A stretch of 64,000 nt of DNA from an uncultured Gemmatimonadaceae bacterium (GTDB lineage Bacteria; Gemmatimonadota; Gemmatimonadetes; Gemmatimonadales; GWC2-71-9), in NCBI GenBank assembly GCA_964348295.1, contig CAYGBV010000017.1:6736-70735 (forward strand). Reading direction: 5' to 3'. The first letter of the stretch is position 1. Every line of letters starts with the position of its first letter. A program made the translations under genes and the position numbers. Below, one piece after another: positions 40,377 to 49,628 of the stretch. Below the pieces are notes generated by a model. The model did not search any database. It had not been told where the DNA came from and saw only the letters and a program-made list of their open reading frames with translations.

Positions 40377-42728
40377 CTAGGTGTCGAGGGGGCGGTGCGT
40401 TCCGCGTGCGCGGCTGAGCACCGCCTGGAGTCGTGCGGATAGGGCGCGGGCCCGGAACGGTTTCGACAGGAAGTCGTCGGCTCCCAGTTCGAAGACCCGT
40501 ACCTCGGCGTCCTCATCGCCACGGGCCGTGAGCACCACCACGGGGATGTCCTCGGTCACCGGCCGCGAGCGGAGGTGGCTCAGCACGCCGTAGCCGTCGA
40601 GGCCGGGGAGATTGAGGTCCAGCACGATGATGTCCGGAGCGTGCCGATCCACCTGGTCGAGGGCCTCTACCCCGTCACTGGCCTCGGAGACCTCGTACCC
40701 GTCTCGCTCCAGCAGATCGCGCATCACCTTGCGCAGCTGGTCCTCGTCGTCCACCAGCAGCACCTTGCCGCCCGCTACCCGCCGGTCCGGCGGCTGGACC
40801 GGCTCCAGCAGTTCGAACTCCTCTGACAGCGCCGTCGCAGCCGCCTCGGTCTCCGACGGTGCGACTTCCCTGGGGGGGGTGGTCCGGGCGCCCTTAGTGC
40901 GGGCCTTGGCACCCGAGGAGCGCCGCTTCCTGGGGTCCTCGGGGACCGGAAGCTCGTCTTCCTGCGGTACGTCCACCACTCGCAACAGCTCGTCTATGGT
41001 GGACTCGCCGCGCAGCACGTGCGACAGCCCGCTCTCCCACAGGGACCGCATCCCGCCGTGACGGGCGGCGTCCGCAATCCGGTCGGCCGTCTCGTTGGCA
41101 CCGATCGAGCGCTCCACCTCGGGCGTCACGCGCAGGATCTCCATGATGGAGAAGCGGCCCCGGTACCCGGTCATGGCGCACTCGGGGCAGCCCACCGCGC
41201 GGAACACCGGCGTATCACTCGGGATCCAGCGCTGCAGCTTCGCGGGGATCTGCTCGACCCAGACCTCCTTGCACGTGGAGCAGAGCCGTCGCATCAGGCG
41301 TTGGGCGACCACGCCGCGGAGCGCACTGGCGATCTTGTACGGCTCCATCCCGATGTCCACCAGCCGCGTGACCGCGTTGGGGGCGTCGTTGGTGTGCAGC
41401 GTGGAGAGCACCATGTGACCCGTCAGCGACGCCTGAGTCGCGATCTGGGCGGTTTCCCGGTCGCGGATCTCACCCACCAGCACCACGTCGGGGTCCTGAC
41501 GCAGGATCGATCGCAACGCCGCGGCGAACGTGAGACCCGCCTTCTCGTGCACCTGTACCTGCACGATCCCCTGAATGCGGTACTCGACCGGGTCCTCCAC
41601 CGTCACGATGTTCACGCCCTCACTCTGCACGTAGCGGATCGCCGAGTACAGCGTAGTGGTCTTGCCCGAGCCGGTGGGACCGGTGCACAGGATGATGCCG
41701 TCCCGGTTCTCGAGCAGCTCACGGATCTGCTCCGCCTCGTTAGGGTTGAGGCCGAGCTTCTCGAGAGAGAGCACCGTGCGCGACGTATCGAGCACGCGCA
41801 CCACGACCTTCTCACCGAGCGATGCCGGTAAGGTGGACACGCGGAGGTCCACAGGGATGCCGTTGACGGCCACCCGGGCCCTGCCGTCCTGCGGCCGCAG
41901 TCGGTCGGCGATGTCCAGCCCCGAGATGATCTTGATGCGCGAGATGAGCGGGAGCCCGGCCGCCCGCGGGATCTTCATCACCTGCCGCAGCACGCCGTCG
42001 ATGCGGTAGCGCACGGCGACCCCGCCCTCTTCGGGCTCGATGTGAACGTCGCTCGCGCGGGAGTTGATCCCCTCGGAGAGAATCAGATCGACCAGCCGCA
42101 CGACGGGCCGCTGGGAAGCCTCCTCGGCGGAGATGGTGAGGTCATCGGCCTCCAGCTCCTCTTCTTCGAGCTGCGTGATCTCGGAGTCGCTGGTCTCCAT
42201 CCCCTCGAGGAGCTGCTCGATCACGTTCTCGGGGCGGTAGAACTCGTCGATCTTCTCCCGGATCTTGCCGGGACTCGCCAGCTGGATGCGCACCTCGCGG
42301 CCGGTGGCGAACGCCAGCGTCTTCTCGCAGTCGAGATCGAACGGGTTGGCGGTGGCGATCTCGAGGTAGGAGTCGGTGATGCGGACGGGCAGGATCTGGT
42401 AACGGCGCGCCACTTGCTCCGAGACCATTTCCCGGGCCGCGCGCTCGCTTTGGGAGACGTCGGCCAGCTTGAGGCGGAACCGGGTGGAGAGGTTGCTCAG
42501 CAGCGCCTCGTCGGAGACCAGTTCGTCGCCCACGACCAGCTCCCAGAGGGAGTCCCGCTCGGGCTCGCTCTGACGAATCTCCTCGAGCTTCTCCGTGCCG
42601 ATCAGCTCTTCGACCGTCGGAGTCAGCCACTCATCCTTGAACACCGTAACGGCGATACCCCCAGGAAGCGTATATCGGACAACGAGATGGGGCCCTAACC
42701 TAAAAAAATTACGGCCGCCCGACCCCAT
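40377..42728 (-). CDS. GspE/PilB-type secretion ATPase fused to a C-terminal response-regulator receiver
   Basis: T2SSE_N-like N-terminus. Walker A GPTGSGKTTT. Zn-binding CSTC...CPEC. After a Pro/Arg linker comes a canonical REC (LLVDDED...IIVLDLNLPGLDG...VVVLTA...SKPF). The start may be GTG 42644 rather than ATG 42728. Confidence 0.88.
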   Translation of the reverse strand: MGSGGRNFFRLGPHLVVRYTLPGGIAVTVFKDEWLTPTVEELIGTEKLEEIRQSEPERDSLWELVVGDELVSDEALLSNLSTRFRLKLADVSQSERAAREMVSEQVARRYQILPVRITDSYLEIATANPFDLDCEKTLAFATGREVRIQLASPGKIREKIDEFYRPENVIEQLLEGMETSDSEITQLEEEELEADDLTISAEEASQRPVVRLVDLILSEGINSRASDVHIEPEEGGVAVRYRIDGVLRQVMKIPRAAGLPLISRIKIISGLDIADRLRPQDGRARVAVNGIPVDLRVSTLPASLGEKVVVRVLDTSRTVLSLEKLGLNPNEAEQIRELLENRDGIILCTGPTGSGKTTTLYSAIRYVQSEGVNIVTVEDPVEYRIQGIVQVQVHEKAGLTFAAALRSILRQDPDVVLVGEIRDRETAQIATQASLTGHMVLSTLHTNDAPNAVTRLVDIGMEPYKIASALRGVVAQRLMRRLCSTCKEVWVEQIPAKLQRWIPSDTPVFRAVGCPECAMTGYRGRFSIMEILRVTPEVERSIGANETADRIADAARHGGMRSLWESGLSHVLRGESTIDELLRVVDVPQEDELPVPEDPRKRRSSGAKARTKGARTTPPREVAPSETEAAATALSEEFELLEPVQPPDRRVAGGKVLLVDDEDQLRKVMRDLLERDGYEVSEASDGVEALDQVDRHAPDIIVLDLNLPGLDGYGVLSHLRSRPVTEDIPVVVLTARGDEDAEVRVFELGADDFLSKPFRARALSARLQAVLSRARGTHRPLDT

Positions 42729-42812
42729 CCGCCAGCGGGCCCGGTCGGCCCCGGCCCCAACGACCCAGCCTACCTACCCCACACCGCCCCGTCTGTGCGG
42801 CGAGTCACCGTC

Positions 42813-44861
42813 TCACAGGATCCCCCATAGGTCTCGTCGCACATCGAGCACCACTCCCACGTTCTCGGCCCTCGGACTCCAGCCGATGTCCAGCCGGAAG
42901 AACCGGTGGAACCACTCGACCGCGAGCCCCAGCACAGGCCGCACCCCATCGGAGGGCTGCCACGGCATCCCGTCCACGACGCCGTCCGCCCAGCCGAGGC
43001 TCACGTAGGGTGCCAGCACGATCTCCCGGCCCGTGTTGGCGAACGGCCCGAGCGGGGCGGCGGGGAACGGGACCGGGAGCTGCCACTCGACGGTGCCGTA
43101 TGCGGCGCGACGCCCGCCCCAGGCACGGAACGGATCGCCCACGAGCCCGCCCCGCCCACCCAGCACGAAGGAGCGGTGGGGCGGCAGGTCTGCCGAGCCC
43201 CATCCGACCCAGGCTCGCACCACCAGCGCGGTGCGGCCGACCGGCGCGTGGGCCCGCCCCACCGCCCGCACTCGCGCGTACGCGACGCTGTCGCCCAGGC
43301 CCCCCTCGAGCGCGAACTCGCCGCTCACCCCGCCGCGCACCGTGAGCTCCGCGCTCCCCCGCTCCAACCTGAGCACGCCGACCCCGTATGTACCCGTCCC
43401 CAGGGCCGGATTCTCCCGAAACTCCCCGCTGGCGGGCTCCGCATTCACCTCTACGCTGGTAGTCTGCTCCACGCCCGCCGACAGCGAGATGCTGCCCCGC
43501 GTACCGAACCGGCGCCGCACGGTGGCCATCGCCCGGTCGGAGAGGTAGTAGTCGCCGAAGTCCTTCCCCGCCTCCTGGGCCATGAGGGAGTTCAGCGCGG
43601 GCGAGATGACCAGGTCGTCCCCCACGTCAGCCAGCTGGCGCGCTCCCAGCAGCTCGACGCTCCACCGGCCGGTGCCGTACGCGATGCGGAGCCGGCCCTT
43701 GAGCCGGCCGTCACTCACCCCAAAGCCGCCCCACACCTGCACCTCGGTGCGCTTGCTCCCCGGCCGGAAGATCCAGCCCGCCCCCGGCGCCAGACCCTCC
43801 ACCCGGTTGAAGTGCAGCAGATCGGACAACCCGCCCACACTGGGGCGGTTGGCGGCCAGCCCAGTGAGGACGTTGGCGCCCGCCACGTCGCTCACCTGCC
43901 CGCGCACCTCCTCGAGGTCGAAGGTCGTCACCGCCCCAGCCACCTCCCCGATGGCAGCCTCGAGCGGGATGTCCCAGGTGAACGTGTCGCGCACCGCCTG
44001 CGGGGCAGCCACTATCTCCGGCCCCAAGAACAGCCCGTCCGACAGGCCCAGGTTGAAGCTGTAGTCCTCGATCTCCCACCGCCCCCGGATGATCCCGCGC
44101 GCGGGAAGGTCCAGGAACTTCGTGCGCCGTCGGATCTCGATCTCCTGGCGGCGGGGCAGCCAGTAGCGACCTTCCCACAGGCCGTTCTCCAGCACGACCG
44201 TGATGTCTTCCAGCGTGTCGTCGAGGTACGCGTTGCGGGTGAAGCTGAAGCGGAAGAACACCAGCTCCGCGGTGTCCATATCGAAGTAGAGGCTGCCCAC
44301 CACGCGGGGGGCGCCGAAGTCCCGGGGGCGCACCAGCACCTGGTACACCCGGACCTCGCGCTGAGGCAACCCAATCGACAGCGAATCCGCGAGGGCGTAG
44401 TCGTACAGCTCGGGTCCCTCGGGGGCCAGCGGATGCGGTACGTCCCGCACCTCGTCGCCGTGTCCCATCCGGATGCGGTCGCGGAACATGTTCTGCACGA
44501 TCCCGAGGTGGTCCCGGTGATACTGGATGTCGGTCGGGAGATCCTTGCGGTCGCGCCACCCTACGATCCGCTGCTTGCTGCGGTCCGGAGCCTTCCAGTA
44601 GACTTCCAGCACCAATTCATCGGACTTGATGAGCCTCGGCGGTTCCACCAGCCCTTCGCCGAGTTGCCCCAGGAAGAAGACGAATCCATGCGCCCGCACA
44701 CGGTAGTCCCGCAGCGAGCTATCGGCCTGTCGTTCCGCCCGTCGCGCGATGCCGCGCCCGACGAGCTCGACGGTATGCGGGCTGTTCCATTCCTGGGCCG
44801 GCAGCTGAACGGGGGTGAGTGCGAGGAGGACGCAGAGAACCAGGCGCGAGGAAGGCATCAC
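42813..44861 (-). CDS. hypothetical outer-membrane protein (signal peptide, probable C-terminal beta-barrel)
   Basis: 682 aa. Leader MMPSSRLVLCVLLALTPVQLPAQE. The C-terminal third has alternating Gly/aromatic strands. The opposite-strand 853-aa ORF is Arg/Pro/His-rich shadow. Confidence 0.6.
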   Translation of the reverse strand: MMPSSRLVLCVLLALTPVQLPAQEWNSPHTVELVGRGIARRAERQADSSLRDYRVRAHGFVFFLGQLGEGLVEPPRLIKSDELVLEVYWKAPDRSKQRIVGWRDRKDLPTDIQYHRDHLGIVQNMFRDRIRMGHGDEVRDVPHPLAPEGPELYDYALADSLSIGLPQREVRVYQVLVRPRDFGAPRVVGSLYFDMDTAELVFFRFSFTRNAYLDDTLEDITVVLENGLWEGRYWLPRRQEIEIRRRTKFLDLPARGIIRGRWEIEDYSFNLGLSDGLFLGPEIVAAPQAVRDTFTWDIPLEAAIGEVAGAVTTFDLEEVRGQVSDVAGANVLTGLAANRPSVGGLSDLLHFNRVEGLAPGAGWIFRPGSKRTEVQVWGGFGVSDGRLKGRLRIAYGTGRWSVELLGARQLADVGDDLVISPALNSLMAQEAGKDFGDYYLSDRAMATVRRRFGTRGSISLSAGVEQTTSVEVNAEPASGEFRENPALGTGTYGVGVLRLERGSAELTVRGGVSGEFALEGGLGDSVAYARVRAVGRAHAPVGRTALVVRAWVGWGSADLPPHRSFVLGGRGGLVGDPFRAWGGRRAAYGTVEWQLPVPFPAAPLGPFANTGREIVLAPYVSLGWADGVVDGMPWQPSDGVRPVLGLAVEWFHRFFRLDIGWSPRAENVGVVLDVRRDLWGIL

Positions 44862-44882
44862 CGCGCAATATCACGGCGGCTG

Positions 44883-45467
44883 GTGGCGGCGGCAAGCGCG
44901 CTGCTCGGCGGAGCAGCGTTGGCCTGTGGCGACCTGGACCTGACGGACGACACTACCGTCTCGACCCAGGAGCTGTTGATCCTGGCCACACAGGCGAGCG
45001 CTCCGGCCGTCCCGCAGTCCAGCTTCTTCGTGTTCAACGCCGGGACCACGGTGCGCCGCCTGCTGCACAGCGACGCGTCCAACACCCTCTACCTAGAGCT
45101 GCGCTTTCCGAGCGGCTCGCTCGCGAGCCTCAACGGTCAGCCCCTGGGCGCCGCCGACTCCGTGCTGGCCACGGCGCAGCCCCGCGCGGGAGGGTACGGG
45201 CTGGTCCTGTCACCGACCGGGCTGGAGTTCATGTCCACCCTGCGACCCAGCACCACGTTCTCGTTTGCGCTCTACGGTGACCTCGGCGTCGCCGACGGCT
45301 CCGCCACCTACGCCACGCGATCAGAGTACGCCGCCGCCCTCGCTCTGTGGTTCGAGATCACGCCGGGACGGTGGCGGCGGGTGAGCGGCTCGGGGTTCGA
45401 CGGCTCTGACGGCGTCACGGGCAACATCGCCGAGCCCGGGACCTACGTGGTGGCGGCACCTCGATGA
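44883..45467 (+). CDS. hypothetical lipoprotein
   Basis: GTG 44883 gives MAAASALLGGAALAC with a lipobox. The stop overlaps the trpE start (ATGA). Confidence 0.5.
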   Translation: MAAASALLGGAALACGDLDLTDDTTVSTQELLILATQASAPAVPQSSFFVFNAGTTVRRLLHSDASNTLYLELRFPSGSLASLNGQPLGAADSVLATAQPRAGGYGLVLSPTGLEFMSTLRPSTTFSFALYGDLGVADGSATYATRSEYAAALALWFEITPGRWRRVSGSGFDGSDGVTGNIAEPGTYVVAAPR

Positions 45468-46957
45468 GCCGCAGCACCCCGTTCGAGCGGTACTGCGAGC
45501 TCGCCGCTGGTGGCGGGATCGTGCCGGTGACCCGAGAGTTCTCCGCCGCTGGCCTCACCCCGGTCACGGCATTCGCCGCACTCGCGCGCCCTCCGTTCGG
45601 CTTCCTCTTGGAATCCCTGGTGGGAGGCGAGCACTGGGCGCGGTACACGTTCCTCGGCACCGAGCCGAGCGAGGTGCGGCGCTACCGGCGCGGCGCAGTG
45701 GATTGCTGGACGCCGGGACAGGGGTGGAGGCCCGCCGGAGCCGCGCCGGACCCGTTGTCCGACATCGCGGGGCGCATGCGGGCACTCCGACCCGTCCCCA
45801 TCGCCGGGTTGCCGCGGTTCACCGGGGGTGCGGTGGGCTATCTGAGCTACGACGTGGTGCGCACGATCGAGCGGCTTCCCGGAGGCCCGCGGGACGACCT
45901 GGAGCTCCCCGACGCGGTCTTCATGCTCGCCGACAGCCTGGTAATCATCGACAACGCGTTCGGCACGGCGATCGCGGTGGCCAACACCCACGTGTCGCCG
46001 GGCGCGGGCCGCTCGGAGCTCGAGCGCGAGTACCAGCGTGCCGGCGAGCGTATCGAAGCCGCCCTCGACCGGTTGGCGTCACCGCCCGCGCTGGCTCCGC
46101 TTGCCGCCGAGGGACGGTCGCGCCAGACACCGGAGACGCCCTACGGCCAGGCGGCCTTCGAGCGCGACGTGGCACGCATCAAGGACTACATCCGCGCCGG
46201 AGACGCCTTCCAGGTGGTGCTGTCGCGGCGCCAGGACCTGCCGTGTAGCGCGTCGCCCCTAGAGGTGTATCGCGCCCTGCGGACGCTCAACCCGGCACCG
46301 TACATGTACTGCCTCACACTGGACGACGTGCACCTAGTGGGCAGCTCTCCCGAGGTACTGGTCCGGGTGGAGGACCGCGAGGTCACGGTGCGGCCCATCG
46401 CCGGGACGCGGCCCCGCGGCGCCAGTGCGGACGAGGATGCGGCACTCGCGGACGAGCTCCTCGCGGACGAGAAGGAGCTGGCCGAGCACGCCATGTTGGT
46501 CGATTTAGGCCGCAACGACGTGGGCCGCGTGGCCGAGTACGGCTCGGTGCGGGTGACCGTGGACAAAGCCCTAGAGCGCTACTCCCACGTGCAGCACATC
46601 GTGAGCGAGGTACGAGGGCGCATGCGCCCCGAGCTGGACGCGGTGGACGCGCTGCGTGCCTGCTTCCCGGCCGGCACGGTGTCGGGCGCCCCAAAGGTCC
46701 GGGCCATGGAGATCCTGGACGAGCTCGAGCCGAGCCGCCGGGGACCGTACGCGGGCGCTGTCGGGTACATCGGATGGGGCGCGGCCAACCTGGACACGGC
46801 GATAGCGATTCGCACCGCGATCCTGCGGAACGACCGCGCCCACGTGCAGGCCGGCGCGGGCATCGTGGCCGACAGCGATCCACACCGGGAGTACCTCGAG
46901 ACCGAGGACAAAGCGGGAGCGGTGCTGCGGGCACTCGCCCTGGCGGGAGGTCGCTGA
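45464..46957 (+). CDS. trpE: anthranilate synthase component I
   Basis: 497 aa. ...FLLESLVGGE..., LVGSSPE, GTRPRG, LAEHAMLVDLGRND and GAPKVRAMEI motifs. Confidence 0.93.
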   Translation: MSRSTPFERYCELAAGGGIVPVTREFSAAGLTPVTAFAALARPPFGFLLESLVGGEHWARYTFLGTEPSEVRRYRRGAVDCWTPGQGWRPAGAAPDPLSDIAGRMRALRPVPIAGLPRFTGGAVGYLSYDVVRTIERLPGGPRDDLELPDAVFMLADSLVIIDNAFGTAIAVANTHVSPGAGRSELEREYQRAGERIEAALDRLASPPALAPLAAEGRSRQTPETPYGQAAFERDVARIKDYIRAGDAFQVVLSRRQDLPCSASPLEVYRALRTLNPAPYMYCLTLDDVHLVGSSPEVLVRVEDREVTVRPIAGTRPRGASADEDAALADELLADEKELAEHAMLVDLGRNDVGRVAEYGSVRVTVDKALERYSHVQHIVSEVRGRMRPELDAVDALRACFPAGTVSGAPKVRAMEILDELEPSRRGPYAGAVGYIGWGAANLDTAIAIRTAILRNDRAHVQAGAGIVADSDPHREYLETEDKAGAVLRALALAGGR

Positions 46958-46992
46958 GCGACGCATCTTACGGCGAGTGAAGGAGTTGAGTC

Positions 46993-48612
46993 TTGGCCGC
47001 CTTCAAGCTGCAGAGCACCACTGGTGACCTGACAATCGATATGACGCAGCCCCGCACGGTCGTCGTGGGCCGCGCGGTCACCAGTGACATGCCGATCTAC
47101 GATCCCACCGTTTCGCGCCGGCACGCAGAGCTCTCACTCTCCGACGGCGGCGTCCGCGTGCACGATTTGGGGTCCAGCAACGGCACGTTCGTCAACGGCA
47201 CGAAGGTGACGGACACCGTGGTGGGCGACGGCGACGTCGTAACCTTCGGCAAGGTCGCCTTCAAAGTGCAGGAGGTGACCCCGCCTACCGCGCGGCCGGC
47301 GATTCAGACCGATGCCGGGTTCGCGCAGCGGCCCCCGCCACCCGAAGCGACCATCGTGCGCCAGGTAGCGCTCGAGGATTCCGGGGAGCTGATAGACAAG
47401 GTGACCACTCCCCGACGCAGCTCCGCGTCCCAGCTCAAGCTCGAGGCAGAATCGGTCGACGAGCGGCAAGCCGAGAAACTGTCGCTGCTGCTCGACATCT
47501 CCAAGGAGCTGTCGAAGCAACAGGAGGTGGACCGGCTCCTCGAGAAGGTCGTGGATATCACCTTCAAGGTGATGAACGTGGACCGCGTTTCCATCCTCAT
47601 GCTGGAGGGCGTGGAGGACGACCTCGTGCCCCGGGTCTCGAAAAACCGGCTGGCAGAGGGCAGCGGGGCACGGGTCCCCCAGTCCATCGCTCGGCGCGCA
47701 GTGGACGAGCGCCTCGCGATCCTCACCGACAATGCGGCGGCAGACGATCGGTTCAAGGGCAAGTCCATCGTGATGCAGAGCGTGCGGAGCGCCATGTGCA
47801 CGCCGCTCATGGGGAGCGAGGGGAACGTCCTTGGCATCATCTACGTGGACAACATGACCGCCACCAACTCCTTCGGCGATGAGGACCTCGAGTTCCTCAT
47901 CGCGTTCTCGGGGATCGCGGCGGTAGCCATCGAGAACGGTCAGCTCACCGAGCGCATCCAGCGCGAGGCCGTGGTGCTGTCCAACTTTCAGCGTTACTTC
48001 GCGCCCGACCTAGCCGAACAGATCGCGAGTCAGGTAGAGGAGGTACAGCTGGGCGGCGCCAAGCGCCCGGTGGTCGTGTTCTTCAGCGATATTCGCGGCT
48101 TCACCTCGATGTCGGAGAACATGACGCCCGATCAGATCGCCACCCTGCTCACCGAGTACTTCACCGAGATGGTGGAAGTCGTGTTCGAGCACGGTGGCAC
48201 GCTCGACAAGTTCATGGGCGATGCGATCATGGCTCTGTGGGGCGCACCGATCACCCATGGCGACGATGCCGATCGGGCCATGCGGGCCGCGATCCAGCAG
48301 CAGGAGACGCTCGCCACGCTGAATGCGAAGTGGGCCGAGGACGGACGGCCCCAGGTGGGGATCGGCATCGGGATCAACTTTGGTGAGGTGTTCGCGGGGA
48401 ACATCGGCAGCGATCGCAGACTGGAGTACACCGTGATCGGTGACGCCGTGAACACCGCCTCGCGGCTCTGCTCCAAGGCTGAGGTCGGCGAGATCCTGAT
48501 CTCCGAGCCCTTCTACCAGGCGCTGAAGAACCCACCCGAAGTGGAGGCCCTCGAGCCGCTCGAGCTCAAGGGCAAGGCGCAGGCGGTTCCCGTCTATCGC
48601 GTGAAGCGGTAG
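46993..48612 (+). CDS. FHA-GAF-class III adenylate/guanylate cyclase
   Basis: TTG start 8 nt after aaggag. FHA (VVVGR...VSRRHAEL...GSSNGTFVNG). GAF (VDRVSILMLE...). Cyclase (VVVFFSDIRGFTSMSE, GDAIMALWGAP, TVIGDAVNTASRL). Confidence 0.88.
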   Translation: MAAFKLQSTTGDLTIDMTQPRTVVVGRAVTSDMPIYDPTVSRRHAELSLSDGGVRVHDLGSSNGTFVNGTKVTDTVVGDGDVVTFGKVAFKVQEVTPPTARPAIQTDAGFAQRPPPPEATIVRQVALEDSGELIDKVTTPRRSSASQLKLEAESVDERQAEKLSLLLDISKELSKQQEVDRLLEKVVDITFKVMNVDRVSILMLEGVEDDLVPRVSKNRLAEGSGARVPQSIARRAVDERLAILTDNAAADDRFKGKSIVMQSVRSAMCTPLMGSEGNVLGIIYVDNMTATNSFGDEDLEFLIAFSGIAAVAIENGQLTERIQREAVVLSNFQRYFAPDLAEQIASQVEEVQLGGAKRPVVVFFSDIRGFTSMSENMTPDQIATLLTEYFTEMVEVVFEHGGTLDKFMGDAIMALWGAPITHGDDADRAMRAAIQQQETLATLNAKWAEDGRPQVGIGIGINFGEVFAGNIGSDRRLEYTVIGDAVNTASRLCSKAEVGEILISEPFYQALKNPPEVEALEPLELKGKAQAVPVYRVKR

Positions 48613-49169
48613 GGCAGCCCCGCTGCCTCGAGCAGATCCACCACCAGCCGCAGCGGCAGCCCCATCACACCGAAGAAGTCCCCCTCGACGCGCTGCACCA
48701 ACACCGCGCCCACTCCCTGTACCCCGTAGCTCCCCGCCTTGTCCAGCGGCTCACCGGTCGCGACGTACGCCTTGATGAGCTCGGTGGTGAGGGGGCGGAA
48801 CCACACTCGCGTCACGTCGCACTGCTGCAGAACCTCGCCGTTCGTCTCAGCGAGTGCGACCGCGGTGATCACCCGGTGCTCGCGCCCCGACAGGGTTGCG
48901 AGCATTCCCTCCGCCTCGGCTGCGTCCCGCGGCTTGCCCAGGATCTCGCCGTCCATCACCACCACGGTGTCGGCAGCGAGCACCGGTCGCTCCGGATGCC
49001 GCTGCCACACGGAGCGTGCCTTCTCCGTAGCGAGCCGCACCGCCATCGCCTCTGGCTCCTCGCCGGGGTGCGGACGCTCCTCTATGTCTGCAGGGATCAC
49101 CTCGTGGGCGATGCCCAGCATCTCGAGCAGGTAGCGCCGCCGGGGAGAACTCGAGGCCAGGGTGATCAT
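48594..49169 (-). CDS. maf: Maf-like nucleoside triphosphate pyrophosphatase
   Basis: ATG 49169 overlaps the dtd stop (ATGA). [20 protein letters not shown]...AADTVV...GKP...AGSYGVQG. Confidence 0.9.
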   Translation of the reverse strand: MITLASSSPRRRYLLEMLGIAHEVIPADIEERPHPGEEPEAMAVRLATEKARSVWQRHPERPVLAADTVVVMDGEILGKPRDAAEAEGMLATLSGREHRVITAVALAETNGEVLQQCDVTRVWFRPLTTELIKAYVATGEPLDKAGSYGVQGVGAVLVQRVEGDFFGVMGLPLRLVVDLLEAAGLPYRFTR

Positions 49170-49603
49170 CGCTCGAGCAGGAGCGTGACGGGACCGTCGT
49201 TCACGAGTGCGACCTCCATCAGGGCGCCGAACTCGCCGGTTTCCACCCGCAGGCCGCGCGCGGCCAAGGCCGCCGCGAACCGCTGGTAGAGGGGGTCCGC
49301 CAGCTCCGGGGGAGCGGCGTCCACGAACGAGGGGCGCCTGCCCTTGCGGGCGTCGCCGTACAGGGTGAACTGGGAAACCAGGAGCACGGCCCCCCCCACG
49401 TCGCCGATTCCCCGGTTCATCTTCCCCTCGTCGTCGGGGAACAGGCGCAGACCGGCGATCTTGTCGGCCATCCACTGCAGCTGCTCGTCACCGTCGGACG
49501 GGGTGAACCCCGCAAGCACCAAGAAGCCGCGCCCGATCTCTCCTACGACGCGGCCTTCCACGGAGACCGAAGCGCGGCTGACGCGCTGGAGGACTACCCG
49601 CAT
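49166..49603 (-). CDS. dtd: D-aminoacyl-tRNA deacylase
   Basis: [13 protein letters not shown]...GFLVLAG...[11 protein letters not shown]...GRRPSF...[10 protein letters not shown]. Confidence 0.95.
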   Translation of the reverse strand: MRVVLQRVSRASVSVEGRVVGEIGRGFLVLAGFTPSDGDEQLQWMADKIAGLRLFPDDEGKMNRGIGDVGGAVLLVSQFTLYGDARKGRRPSFVDAAPPELADPLYQRFAAALAARGLRVETGEFGALMEVALVNDGPVTLLLER

Positions 49604-49628
49604 CCTCGCCCGGGCCTCTACCCAGCCC

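Noticed and set aside
42400-42560. MshEN-type c-di-GMP binding motif in the GspE N-terminal domain
   Set aside because: The segment SLWELVVGDELVSDEALLSNLSTR keeps the hydrophobic spacing. It lacks the Arg, both Gly and the Gln of the RLGxxLLxxGLLxxxxLxxxLxxQ consensus as I recall it, so I make no binding claim.
42906-44860. 853-aa plus-strand ORF antisense to the 682-aa outer-membrane gene
   Set aside because: Its composition (Arg, Pro, His, Gly) is typical of a GC-rich antisense frame. The minus-strand product has a proper signal peptide. Only the last 194 codons (44883-45467), which do not overlap the minus gene, look real.
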